Source: an uncultured Chloroflexia bacterium
GTDB lineage: Bacteria > Chloroflexota > UBA6077 > JACCZL01
Direction: 5' to 3'
NCBI GenBank assembly: GCA_963765765.1
Contig: CAVXYC010000030.1
Coordinates: 224,001 to 288,000 of the forward strand
Length of the DNA stretch: 64,000 bases
In this document: positions 30,770-41,450 of the stretch, one piece after another
Position numbering within the stretch: the stretch's first letter is position 1
Layout of the letters: the number at the start of each line of letters is the position of its first letter
Position numbers and translations under genes: made by a program
The notes under the pieces: generated by a model
Database searches by the model: none
What the model was told of the DNA's origin: nothing
The model's input: only the letters and a program-made list of their open reading frames with translations

Positions 30770-31711
30770 CTACGCGTTTAGCGCGCCACGCAGGAAGAAG
30801 AGTAGATTCGCGGGCCGCTCGGCGAGCCGACGCATCAGGTATGGATACCACTCGGATCCGTATGGCACGTAGACGGTGACGCGGTCTCCGGTGGTCACCA
30901 GGCGCTCCTGGATGTCGCGACGAATGCCCAGCAGCATCTCGAAAGAGTATCGATCGATGGAGATCGAATTCTGGCGGGCGTAGCGCATGGCGGTGCGGAT
31001 CAAACGCGGATCATGCGTGGCAAGAGCCGGATGGTCACCATCGCTGAGCAGACGCAGCATCTGGCGCGCGTAGGCTCGATCCACATCGCGTTTCTCGGGG
31101 TATGCCACGGCCGGACTTTCGCTATATGCGCCCTTGCATAATCGAACCCCGATGCCCAGAGCGTTCATCTCCGCGACATCGTGGTCGGTGCGATAGAGGT
31201 ACGACTGCAACACCACACCGAGATTGTCGAATCCCTCAGCTCGAAGCGTGCACGCAATGTCGAGCGTGCGATCAGTCGTCGAGGAGTCTTCCATGTCCAA
31301 ACGCACGTATGAGCCATGCCGCTTTGCCAGGATCAGAAGGTCCCGCACATTTCGGGTACAGAGCTCCGCATCAAGCTGCAAACCGACCTGACTCGGTTTT
31401 ACGGAGCAATAGGCGCGCAATCTGCGTGCTGCGACGGCGTCTATTGCGTCCGCGTAAGCTCGCGTCGCGGTGGCGGCCTCTTCGGCAGAAGTCGTGTGCT
31501 CGCCCAGGAAGTTGAGCGCGGCCCCGCATCCGCCGCGGTTGAGCTGCTCCACCGTGTTGAGCGCATCGTCCAGGCTCGAGCCGGCGACAAAGCGACCGGC
31601 GAGGCGCCTCGCCAGGGTCCATTCAGTGGCTACATGCTTCATCTCAGGGGATGAAGACAATTGGAGGAGAAGACTACGCAATACGCTTGGAGCCTTCCCC
31701 AAGACGCTCAC
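30770..31711 (-). CDS. Monofunctional proline dehydrogenase
   Basis: RFVAG, RLDMEDS, RLCKGAY, ATHD, YLMRRLAERPAN; GTGA overlap with ggt. Confidence 0.92.
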   Translation of the reverse strand: MSVLGKAPSVLRSLLLQLSSSPEMKHVATEWTLARRLAGRFVAGSSLDDALNTVEQLNRGGCGAALNFLGEHTTSAEEAATATRAYADAIDAVAARRLRAYCSVKPSQVGLQLDAELCTRNVRDLLILAKRHGSYVRLDMEDSSTTDRTLDIACTLRAEGFDNLGVVLQSYLYRTDHDVAEMNALGIGVRLCKGAYSESPAVAYPEKRDVDRAYARQMLRLLSDGDHPALATHDPRLIRTAMRYARQNSISIDRYSFEMLLGIRRDIQERLVTTGDRVTVYVPYGSEWYPYLMRRLAERPANLLFFLRGALNA

Positions 31712-33407
31712 ACTTCGCCTTCCTGCGCGGTTGATCCCTGGCGACGTGGGTCCGCGGCAGCGGTGAGGTTTCCGGTGGCCCAATCAACCATGATGGATTG
31801 CACGTTACCAATGGTGCGAGCTTCAGGCGCGATCTCGTGCCCACGCTCGCGCAAAGCATGGAGAAGCTGAGTATCGGTGCCTTCTTCCCAGGTGATACGT
31901 CGCCCGGGGCCAGCGTAGAGTCTCGGTGCCGCAATCGCCTCCTCCAGTGATTGGCCAGCGTCCAGGATGCGGCTGAGCACCTGCAGGATCGTGGGCACAA
32001 TCGTGGCTCCGCCAGGCGAGCCGAGCGTGAGAATGGGGCGGCCTTCATTCATGACCATCGTCGGTGCCATGCTGCTCAGCGGACGGGCACCGGGACGAAC
32101 CTGGTTCGGACCGCCGGGCCGTTCGTCAAAGTCACTCATCTGATTGTTCAAGAGTAGGCCAACCCCTGGCACCATGATGCCGCTGCCGAAGAGCGACTCA
32201 ATGGTGGCCGTCACCGCTACCACGTTGCCCCAACGATCCGCGGTAGTGAAATGGGTGGTTTGTCCAGGGCCCCCGGGGCTCGGGGCCGCGGACTGCCGTA
32301 GCGACGAGCGATAGGCCGGCTCAAATATCCACGGATCGCCCGCGCTCCAGGTTTCATTGGCGTACTGGCGGTTAATCACGGCACTGCGCTGCGCAATATA
32401 GCCGGGGTCAAGCATGCCAGTGATGGGTACGTGCACATGGTGCGGGTCGCCCAGAGTACTAGACCGATCGGCGAACGCGCAGCGCATGACCTCCAGCAGC
32501 AAGTGCGGCGCCTCGCTCTCGTTCTCCAGAGAGCCATCGGCTCGGAGTGTCTCTAGCATGCTCAGCATGCTCAGCAAGGTCACGCCGCTACCTGGCGGGC
32601 CAAAAGTGACGATGTCGTGTTCGCCGTATGGTCGATTCAGTGGCTCACGCCAGATCGTGCGATATGCGGACAGGTCGTCGAGCGTCATACGCCCGCCGCG
32701 CTCCCGGACCTCATCGACGATGGCCTTACCGATGCTTCCGCGGTACAGCTCGGCCGACCCTCGTTCGGCTAGCGTCTGGAGTGTTCGGCCGAGGTCGCGC
32801 TGCACCAGAAGATCGCCGGCCTTCAGCGGAGTCCCACCTGGCATAAACAATTGGGCGGCCGTGGCGGAGCGGCTCAGTCGGGCGCGGTTGTTGGCGCTCC
32901 CGAGGCCAATCCGACTCGTCATGAACTCGCTCACCGGTACGCCGTCGTGGGCCGACCGTATTGCGGGCTTCAGCGCATCAGCGAGCTGGATTGTCCCGAA
33001 GCGCCGAAGCACTTCCTCCAGGCCCAGAAGAGCGCCGGGGATTGCTACGGCGAGGCCATTGGCGGCACGATCGTTCTCATCCAGCGGTTGCCCATCGCGT
33101 CCTAAAAAGATGTCGGGAGTGGACGCCGCGGGCGCGGTCTCTCGCGCATCAAGGGCATGGATACGACTCTCGCCGGCAGCGTAAATCAGCCAGAACGCGC
33201 CTCCACCGAGGCCCGAGGCGAGAGGCTCCACCACGCCCAACGTGCAATGCACCGCGGCGGCCGCGTCCACCGCGTTCCCGCCGCTCGAAGAACTTCCGCG
33301 CCGGCTTCGGTTGCAACGGCATGCGACGCGGCGACGGCCCATTCACGGAGCGGCGACGGCCCGGCTCCCATGCCATTCGGTCCATCACCATTTACTGGGT
33401 CGCTCAC
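31708..33407 (-). CDS. ggt: Gamma-glutamyltransferase; frameshift near the 5' end
   Basis: GGNAVDAA, SGLGGG, DARETAP, TTHF nucleophile, LNNQMSDF, RPLSSM, GSPGG. Confidence 0.9.
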
Positions 33408-33850
33408 TCCCGCTCCTCCACGTTATTGTCGTATGCCAACATCATTGCGCGAAGCGGACTCGGAAGCGGTACGGGGCGCCTGGTCTCCAGATCCACGTAC
33501 ACCTGCACGCCGTGGCCTTCAGCGAAGAGCCGGCCATCCGGGCCATGAATCAGGAACGAGAATCCCGAGCTCGAACGCTTCAGCCAATCCATACGGAATC
33601 CCACCCGCAATCGGTCACCGTACTCCGCTGCAACCACGTAACGGCATTGAATATCGAGCATCAAAAAGGCAAGCTCGGTCATGAGGTCAAGCTTCAGGAC
33701 CTGGGTGTAGTACTCGAGCCGGGCCATCTCAGCATAGATAAAGTACACGGTGTGGTTGACGTGCTTGAGGGTGTCAAGGTCCCGAAAGCGGACGTCCTGA
33801 TCGATCCAAAAGCGAAAGCTCTTGTCTGAAATGGAAGGGATGTTTTTCAC
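33404..33850 (-). CDS. Acyl-CoA thioesterase (YbgC/4HBT hotdog fold)
   Basis: VRFRDLDTLKHVNHTVYF motif; start codon uncertain. Confidence 0.85.
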   Translation of the reverse strand: MKNIPSISDKSFRFWIDQDVRFRDLDTLKHVNHTVYFIYAEMARLEYYTQVLKLDLMTELAFLMLDIQCRYVVAAEYGDRLRVGFRMDWLKRSSSGFSFLIHGPDGRLFAEGHGVQVYVDLETRRPVPLPSPLRAMMLAYDNNVEERE

Positions 33851-34129
33851 TAGCGTCAGTTTGCCCTGATTGGAGCTACTCTTGGCGTCGGCAGATTTTG
33901 CAGCACTCCGGTCTTTAGAGAGTCTGAATTACAAGGTTGCTACGCTTTTGGCTCGGCCCGACAATATCACTCCGGTTCATCAACTGTCGTGTGCTTTAAT
34001 TGCCGGACGACTTAAGAAAGTCTTCAGAATCACCGGCACGGGCGTTCAGATACCTTCGGGATACTGTCACTGAACACGACTGCCTCGTGGCAGCTTATAT
34101 GTCCGCTCACTGGAGGGAAGCCGTAACTG

Positions 34130-36771
34130 ATGGCGCGCGCTGCCACCTGGCCTGCGACCTGGACACCGCGTCGGATACCGCCACGTTGGTCGATCCCCCT
34201 CTTTATTGCCCTACTGGTCGCCATCGGTCTGGCCGCCGCCTATGCCATGGGCTACGTCGGACAGCGGGCGGTAGGGCCGACGTTCCAGACGACGCCTGTT
34301 TCGCGGGGAGACATCCGCTCGACGATTAGCGCAACCGGGCCCATCACCAATCCCGCGAGCCTACCCTTAACGTTTAAGAGCAGCGGCAAACTCATTGATC
34401 TGGGCGTACAGGTGGGCGATCGCGTGACGGCCGGCCAGGTCCTGGCCCAGCTTGACGCTTCGGATCTGGAAGCCAATCTAGCTCAAGCACAATCACAGCT
34501 TATTCAAGCTCAAGCGAACTACGATGGGCTCGCGGCCGGGCCGACGGAAGAAGCCATAAATGTGGCACGTGCCCAGGTGGCCGCGGCGGAGCAGAGTCTG
34601 GCCTCGGCTCAGCGTAGCCTCGCCATGACGCAGGCCACGGCCGCACAGCAGGCTCAGGTTTCCGCGGCCAGCGTAGAGTCAGCGCAGGTCAGCGTTGCCA
34701 ACGCCGAGAAGGTCGATGAGAACACGCAGGCGCAGGTGGAAGCCTCTACGGCTTCTCTGAAAGTCTCGCTCGAGAATGCCATGAAGGCGCTCGAGAACGC
34801 GAAGGCTCAGGCGGTTACCGCCACGGCGGCTTCCCAAGCAACAGTGGAAGCCGACCGCAAGTCGCTGGACGAAGCCGAGAAGAACCTGGCCATCGTTCGC
34901 ACGCAGATCGATCGGGATACGCAAAGCGATCGCATCGCCGTTTCGAACGCGGAGGTCGTGCTCCGCAACGCCCAGATCGCGCTGGGCAACGCCGAGCGAA
35001 AGGCCAAGGCCGATCTCGATGTCTCCCGGCGCCAGGTCGATCGATCAAAGTCGGATTTGAAGACTCAGGAAGAGGAACGTGACCAGGCTTGCAAGAGCTC
35101 CTCGACATCGACGAGCAGCAACAACAACAACTGTAACGTGGCCAAACGGCAAGTGGATTCTTCCAAGGCCAGTCTCAGAACCACCGAGCAGCAGGTGAAC
35201 GTCACGCGCATCTCTGGCGAGCAGTCAATCGCATCGGCGCAGGCGACAGTTAACACCGCCACGAACTCGCTCAATACGGCGCAGGCCGCGCTAAGCAGCA
35301 ATCAAGCGAAGTACTCCGGCTCGCTCCAGAGCGCTCTAGCGGCGGTCGAGACAGCCAAGAGTCGAGTTAATTCGAGCACGGCCAGCCTGGAGGACGCAAA
35401 GGCGCGACAGCAGGCGTCAATCGTGACGGCGCAGAATTCGTTGGATACAGCGCAAGCCAGTTTTGACGAAAGCACCGTGAAGAACCAGGCCACGCTGGTC
35501 TCCTCCAAGAACTCCGTGGACTCCGCTCGGGCCTCGCTTCAGTCAGCCACCGCCAACCAGGGCCAATCGCGGGCTTCCTCGGCCGATTCCGTGGACAGTG
35601 CGCGTGCTCAGGTGGAGCAGTCCACGGCCAGTCTCAATACGGCGCGAGCGAATTACGAGTCATCCACAGCTATGCCGACCGAGTTCGAGCTGCAGGCGGC
35701 ACAGGCTCAGGTGGAAAATGCTCGGGCATCGGCATCCATCTCAGAGAACAATTTGAAGCAAGCGGCATTGATTACGCCGGTCGACGGCATCGTGGCGAGT
35801 GTGAGTGCCTCCGTGGGTCAGTTCATCAGTGGTGGCTCGGTGAGCAGCGGCACGTCAGCAACTGCCAGCACCACCTCAGGTACGGCCGTGGCTGGCTTCA
35901 TCACACTCACCAATATCTCCGAGCCGCAGGTCAGCGCACAGGTCAGTGAAGCCGACGTGGGACGCGTTCGTCCTGGCCAGCCTGTCACGTTCACCGTGAG
36001 TGCGTTCCCTGGACGCACGTTTACCGCAAAAGTGGCGCGCCTGGATCCTATTGGTCAGACGGTCTCGAACGTGGTGAACTACAACGTCGTGTCCGTTGTC
36101 GATAAACCGGACGTCGAGCTGTTGCCCTCCATGACGGCAACGGTCACGATCATCACCGAGCAGGTGAGCAATGTGCTTCTGGTCCCGAACACCGCGGTCT
36201 CCTACGGGGCCAGCCAAGCCGGACGGTTGCCACAGGTGGACGAATCTGGCGCGCCGGCAGGCGGTGCGGCGACGGGGACAGAAACCGCCGGCGGGCGTGG
36301 AACCGGGGCGCGGGCAGGCGCCGGTGCCGATGGAAGCGGGAATCAGGGAACCGGTGGCAATCAGGGCGCTGGTGGGAATCGCGGAGCTGGAGTGCGGGCC
36401 GGTAATGACGTGGGCGCGGCGGCGACGCCGCTGCCGCGAGCACTGATGCCTCTGGCGAAGGCGCCGCAGCTCGTCAGAGCGGCGGAAACCGCACCGGTGG
36501 CGCAAACCGCGCTGGGGCTATTACAGGTGAGCCAGAGGCGGGCACAGCCGGATTCGTTGTGGTGCTCCAGAATGGGGAGCCCGTGGCGCGGCGTGTGCGG
36601 ATAGGTACACGAGACGACCGAAACACTCAGGTGATCTCCGGGCTCCAGGTTGGCGATCAGATCGTCACCGGTTCGGCGCAGGCAGCATCGCAACAGCAGG
36701 CCGCGCCAAAGCCGTCCACGGGTGGGTCGAGTATCCTCCCAACAGGCGGTGGAGGAGTTCCCAAGCGGTAG
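34130..36771 (+). CDS. MacA/HlyD-like membrane fusion (adaptor) protein with a very long coiled coil; 3' frameshift
   Basis: TM anchor, split lipoyl halves (VQVGDRVTAGQVLAQLD and ITPVDGIV), beta-barrel (VSEADV, LLPSMTA); MP domain (RRVRIG...SGLQVGD) in the next frame. Confidence 0.85.
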
Positions 36772-36842
36772 CTCGGGTGCACAGACTGGCAATTGTTGCG
36801 AAGGCCAGCGCTGCACGGACCTGGAAGGCAAGACACGGACTC

Positions 36843-37611
36843 ATGATGTCAGACCCCACATCCAACGCTCCCGTTATTCAAGTGGGAGATCTGCGCAAGG
36901 AATACCACATGGGTGACAATGTGGTGCATGCTATGCAGGGCGTCTCGCTGGAGGTTTTTCCGGGCGAGTTCGTTGCTGTTATGGGGCCATCCGGCTCAGG
37001 CAAATCCACCTTCATGAACGTCGTGGGCTGCCTGGATCAACCGACCTCGGGGTCGTATGAGCTCAACGGTGTGGAAGTGGCGACATTGAGCCGCGACGCT
37101 CTGGCAGACGCGCGCAACCGAGAGATCGGCTTCATCTTTCAGAGCTTCAACCTGCTACCGCGGATGACGGCGCTCGGAAACGTGATGCTGCCCATGCTTT
37201 ACGCCGGGCGTTCCGGAGGCCATTCGTCTCCAGCGTGCCATGGCTGCGCTCCAGGCCGTGGGCCTGAAGGGTCGCGAGCACCACAAGCCGAAAGAGATGT
37301 CTGGCGGCCAGCAGCAGCGCACGGCCATTGCCCGAGCCCTGGTGAATAAGCCCAGCGTTATCCTGGCCGATGAACCGACGGGTGCGCTGGATAGCCGGAC
37401 CAGCATTGAGATCATGGCGCTCCTGCAGCACTTGAACAGGCGTGGTGCCACGATCGTCGTCGTCACGCACGAGCCGGATATCGCGGAGCATTGCTCGCGC
37501 ATTGTGACCTTTTCGGATGGTCGCGTGCGGGAGGATCGAATTGTGACGAATTCAATTTCGGCGCAACAGCGTCTAGATGAGATGGACGCCGGGCGGGGGA
37601 ACGCGGCATGA
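36843..37611 (+). CDS. MacB/LolD-type ABC ATPase; frameshift near 37220
   Basis: GPSGSGKST, FQSFNLL, MSGGQQQR, ILADEPTGALD. Confidence 0.9.
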
Positions 37612-38951
37612 GCCAGGTACTAGACCGTCCGACCGCCGCGCCGACTCCCCAAGCGGCTCCCGAGCCGGTGGTCGAGGAGCAGGAAACCGATGTTTTTGAC
37701 CTTCTTGCAACCACGCCGCCGCGCGGCCACAGCGGTCTACTCGCCGTAAGCCTGCCTTCGGCGCTGGAGGCGCTTCGATCCAATAAAGGACGATCCATTC
37801 TGACCACGCTCGGCATCATCATCGGTGTCGGCTCGGTCATCGCTATGGTCTCCATTGGTGAGGGCGCCAAGTCCCAGGTGGCGGAACGCCTGGCTGGGCT
37901 CGGCACCAACGTACTCACCATTCAGCCTGGCAGCAGTCGCTCTGGCGGCGTGAGTGGTGGTGCGGGTACCGTCCAAACGTTGACGGATGCCGATGCCGTA
38001 GCGATTCAGAACGAGGTCGATGACATCGCGACGCTGAGCCCGATCGTTCAGGGCAATGCGCAGCTCGTCGTGGGAAACCAGAACTGGCAGGCCCGTATTC
38101 AGGGCGTGTGGCCGGAATACCAGGATATCCAGAACTGGAAGGTCTCCAGGGGCTCGTTCTTCTCGCAGCAAGACAATACTGAAGCGCGTAGTGTGGCAGT
38201 GATTGGCGAGACGGTGGCTCAGAATCTCTATCCTGGCGGTCAGAACCCCGTCGGAACGCAGCTTCGCATTCGCAACGTCCCGTTCGTCGTTGTTGGTGTG
38301 CTGGCGGCCAAGGGTAGCAGCGGCTTCCAGGATCAGGATGACATCGTCATGGTCCCGTTCGAGACCGGCCAGGTGCGCCTGTTTGGGCCAGAGAAGATCA
38401 ATCAGATCTCCGTCCAGACGGTGGACGGTGATTCAATGACGACCGTCCAGGACGACATAACTCAGTTATTGCGATCACGACACCGTCTACGACCGGCCGA
38501 TCGAGATGACTTCCAGGTTCGGAACAGTAATCAGATCGTCGAAACGGCCTCGGGCGTCGCGCAGACACTTACCATGCTCCTAGCTGGCGTCGCGGCGGTG
38601 TCGCTGGTGGTTGGCGGCATCGGCATCATGAACATCATGCTGGTCTCCGTCACTGAGCGCACACGCGAAATCGGCATTCGCATGGCCATCGGCGCACGTC
38701 CGGGAAACGTGCTCTCACAGTTTCTGGTGGAAGCCATCATGCTCTCAGTGATGGGCGGACTGATCGGTATCGCACTGGGCCTCGGAATCGCCTTCTCGCT
38801 ACCAAAGATCGCAGGTTGGGCCTCCGTCGTCACGGGTGGCTCCATCGCACTGGCCTTCGGATTCTCGGCAATGATCGGCGTCTTCTTCGGCTACTATCCC
38901 GCCAGGAAAGCCTCCCAGCTCAATCCCATCGACGCACTGCGATACGACTAG
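37608..38951 (+). CDS. MacB-type ABC permease
   Basis: LTTLGIIIG, GIGIMNIMLVSVTERTREIGIRMAIGA, LNPIDALRYD. Confidence 0.95.
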   Translation: MSQVLDRPTAAPTPQAAPEPVVEEQETDVFDLLATTPPRGHSGLLAVSLPSALEALRSNKGRSILTTLGIIIGVGSVIAMVSIGEGAKSQVAERLAGLGTNVLTIQPGSSRSGGVSGGAGTVQTLTDADAVAIQNEVDDIATLSPIVQGNAQLVVGNQNWQARIQGVWPEYQDIQNWKVSRGSFFSQQDNTEARSVAVIGETVAQNLYPGGQNPVGTQLRIRNVPFVVVGVLAAKGSSGFQDQDDIVMVPFETGQVRLFGPEKINQISVQTVDGDSMTTVQDDITQLLRSRHRLRPADRDDFQVRNSNQIVETASGVAQTLTMLLAGVAAVSLVVGGIGIMNIMLVSVTERTREIGIRMAIGARPGNVLSQFLVEAIMLSVMGGLIGIALGLGIAFSLPKIAGWASVVTGGSIALAFGFSAMIGVFFGYYPARKASQLNPIDALRYD

Positions 38952-39049
38952 CACGCCAGTACTGCCCGGCAATCCTTGGGGCTTGAGGCTGCGAGATGTA
39001 TGATCGCCCCAGCCCGTCTCGTACGCGTGGACGGCAAGGAGAGCGGCTC

Positions 39050-39517
39050 ATGGCAGCTATCAAGAAAGTCGGCCACGTTGTACTGGGGGTACGAGACCCT
39101 CAGCGGTCCATTGACTTCTATACCAATGCAATCGGTATGGAGCTCGTCACGCGCATCGACGATATGCAGATGGCGTTCTTCTCATTCGGTGAGCGGGACC
39201 ATGATATCGCGGTCATCAAGGTCCCAGAGGATGCCCCGGTTGGCAGCTACGGCTTGGCTCATACGGCCCTGGAGATCGATGGTGGCGTGCCGGAGCTGCG
39301 GGAGCTTTATGAGCGGCTAAAGGATCGTGGCGTCGAGGTGGAGTTCACCGCGGACCACGTACTGACCAAAAGCTTCTACTTCCTTGATCCCGACGGTAAT
39401 AGGTTGGAGATTTTTTCGCAGGCGCTTCCCGCGAGTGAGGCCAAGCAGTTTCTGCACGACGTCAACCAAGGTGATGCGGTAATGGGCCCTCTGGATCTGG
39501 AGAAGGCTCCAGCGTAA
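39050..39517 (+). CDS. VOC-family protein (glyoxalase/extradiol dioxygenase-like)
   Basis: GHVVL, HDIA, GLAHTA, YFLDPDGNRLE. Confidence 0.88.
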   Translation: MAAIKKVGHVVLGVRDPQRSIDFYTNAIGMELVTRIDDMQMAFFSFGERDHDIAVIKVPEDAPVGSYGLAHTALEIDGGVPELRELYERLKDRGVEVEFTADHVLTKSFYFLDPDGNRLEIFSQALPASEAKQFLHDVNQGDAVMGPLDLEKAPA

Positions 39518-39544
39518 GTCGAGCCGCGAGACGCTGACTCAGCT

Positions 39545-39608
39545 CGGTGGGACAGATGTCGCTACCTGTCCAGTGTTTGCTAATCGATCTCAGATAAACG
39601 TCTGTCCC
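39545..39608. repeat. Degenerate family B-like GTGG REP
   Basis: cggtgggacag...ctgtcc between convergent genes. Confidence 0.45.
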
Positions 39609-39621
39609 TTCCATTCACCGA

Positions 39622-40212
39622 CTACGGCGTCCAGGATGGATCGCGTCCGCTAAGGCCAACGGCGCGATCCAACAGCGATGCGTCGGGTGAGACCTCAACG
39701 ATTGGACCAAACGGTGATCCTTCACCTCGATCGGGTGATTGAGAGAGCATCGCGATGATGGCTTCGAGGTTGGCCGTATCGCATGTGAATCGTTGACCCG
39801 TGGCCCGGGCGAGATCCCAACCGTGGATGACCAGCTCATCAACGGCCACAATGCCCATGATCTGCGCGGGAAGTGTCACACCTCCAGCCAATGCTTCTCC
39901 CTGCCAGGCCGCCGGATCTTTCCAGGCGGCTACGAGCTCATCGAGCTGCGACGGCAACTTGGTGCGCCATTCCAGGTCAAGATGGTCGGCCGATGGCAGT
40001 GGAGGTCCAGCCTGACCTGGAGCGTCGGTTGATTTCCGGGCGGCGTTTGTGAATGCCATAGTCAACCCCATGAAGTGATCCAGCAGCGCCGCGACGGACA
40101 TCTCTCCACACGGCGTCGGATTCGAGAAGTCCGCCTCAGTGATTCCGTTCAGTAACGCTTTCACCTGGCGAGCAGGCGGGTCCAGATCCAGCATTGCGTC
40201 GCGGTCCGTCAT
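39622..40212 (-). CDS. TIGR03086/MDMPI-like DinB-superfamily metal-binding protein
   Basis: PTPC...VAALLDH, ELVIHGWDLARATGQ, LSGRDP. Confidence 0.88.
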   Translation of the reverse strand: MTDRDAMLDLDPPARQVKALLNGITEADFSNPTPCGEMSVAALLDHFMGLTMAFTNAARKSTDAPGQAGPPLPSADHLDLEWRTKLPSQLDELVAAWKDPAAWQGEALAGGVTLPAQIMGIVAVDELVIHGWDLARATGQRFTCDTANLEAIIAMLSQSPDRGEGSPFGPIVEVSPDASLLDRAVGLSGRDPSWTP

Positions 40213-40294
40213 CGCTTTCCTCCTGTGGGCTCGGTGCTGAAAAGTAACGGCCGCGGCGGTCCAACTTGCGTACCGCTCAGCCGGTCACGGCGAA

Positions 40295-40507
40295 ATGACA
40301 CTTCTCAAGAAGTTCGCGGAGTTCTGGTACGACTTCATCATAGGCGACTCGTGGGGGCTGGCGATGGGAGTGCTCGCAATCCTGGTGGTTGCGAAGGCCA
40401 TAGACGTGCTGGTGCCCGCGGAGATTGCCGTGCCTTTCCTTCCGATTGCATTACCCATCGCGGTTGTGGCTGTCCTGGGTATTAGCCTGGCTCGGGCGGA
40501 GCGCTAA
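40295..40507 (+). CDS. Small two-TM membrane protein
   Basis: FWYDFIIGD followed by two hydrophobic helices. Confidence 0.65.
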   Translation: MTLLKKFAEFWYDFIIGDSWGLAMGVLAILVVAKAIDVLVPAEIAVPFLPIALPIAVVAVLGISLARAER

Positions 40508-40514
40508 CAGACGC

Positions 40515-40590
40515 CGGTGGAAGTCGTCTCGACTATCTATTGTGCCTGCCTTTTGAATTAGGACGGGACAGTCGAGACGACCGTCCCACC
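40515..40590. repeat. Family B REP doublet, partly degenerate
   Basis: cggtggaagtcgtctcgact...gggacagtcgagacgaccgtcccacc. Confidence 0.75.
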
Positions 40591-40600
40591 AAACGACGGG

Positions 40601-41380
40601 TTAAACAACCCAGTGCCGCTTGCCGTTGGCGCTTAGGAGGCGGCCGAATTCCAGCCCAGGGAAGTGCGCCGCGGCGGCCGGGATATCCGTGCCCTCTAAC
40701 TCCCGAATGAGCGCTGTCTTGGTTCGTTGAGCAAGCTCGGGATCAACGTCTCCGAGACCGCCCCACTCATCTTCCTCAAGCTCTACAGGGCAGTGCACTA
40801 CGTCGCCAAGTAGAAGACCGCGTGCCGTTCCTGATGAGATCACCATGATGGTGCTGCCCGGAGTGTGGCCTGGGGCCACCATAGCGTCAACGCCGGGAAG
40901 GATCGGCCCTGCTCGGTCCCAGGTCTCCATGCGCTCGGCCACGGGTGTCATGATCTCCGTGACCTCCTCGTTCTTGCCCATGAAATGCTCGAGGTCACGG
41001 ACGTCACAGCGGTAGGTCGCATTCGGAAACACGATCTCGCCGTCTCTGGATGCCCACCCCACGTGATCGAAATGCAGGTGAGTAAAGATGACGTCGGTCA
41101 AGTCTCCGGGCTGAACACCGATTGCCGCCAAGCTTTCCAGGAGATGACCCGCGTCATGAAACATCCGCCTTGGCGCCCCCATGCCCGTATCCACCAGCAC
41201 CAGGCGATCGCGAACCCCTCTTATGAGAAACCCGCCGAGCGCCAGCTCGACTTTGCCGTCCTCATCGATGAACTGCTGATGCTGTGACCACATCTCATCC
41301 GTAGTTCCGCGAAATCTGTCAGCGTCGAATTTCCCAACGCCGTCATAGATCGCAGAAACCTCGAGATCACCGATTTGCAT
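40601..41380 (-). CDS. MBL-fold metallohydrolase (AHL lactonase/YtnP-like)
   Basis: THLHFDHVG, PGHTPG, GDVVH, AHFP. Confidence 0.9.
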   Translation of the reverse strand: MQIGDLEVSAIYDGVGKFDADRFRGTTDEMWSQHQQFIDEDGKVELALGGFLIRGVRDRLVLVDTGMGAPRRMFHDAGHLLESLAAIGVQPGDLTDVIFTHLHFDHVGWASRDGEIVFPNATYRCDVRDLEHFMGKNEEVTEIMTPVAERMETWDRAGPILPGVDAMVAPGHTPGSTIMVISSGTARGLLLGDVVHCPVELEEDEWGGLGDVDPELAQRTKTALIRELEGTDIPAAAAHFPGLEFGRLLSANGKRHWVV

Positions 41381-41450
41381 GATGAAGCCCCTCTCGCTTG
41401 AGCCTGCCCGACTCGAGCTACGGTAGCAGGAATGGCACAGGCGAGCGAGC

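Noticed and set aside
35108-35135. AGC/AAC microsatellite as a phase-variation tract
   Set aside because: An in-frame trinucleotide run encoding the Ser/Asn tip loop; a length change would not switch expression.
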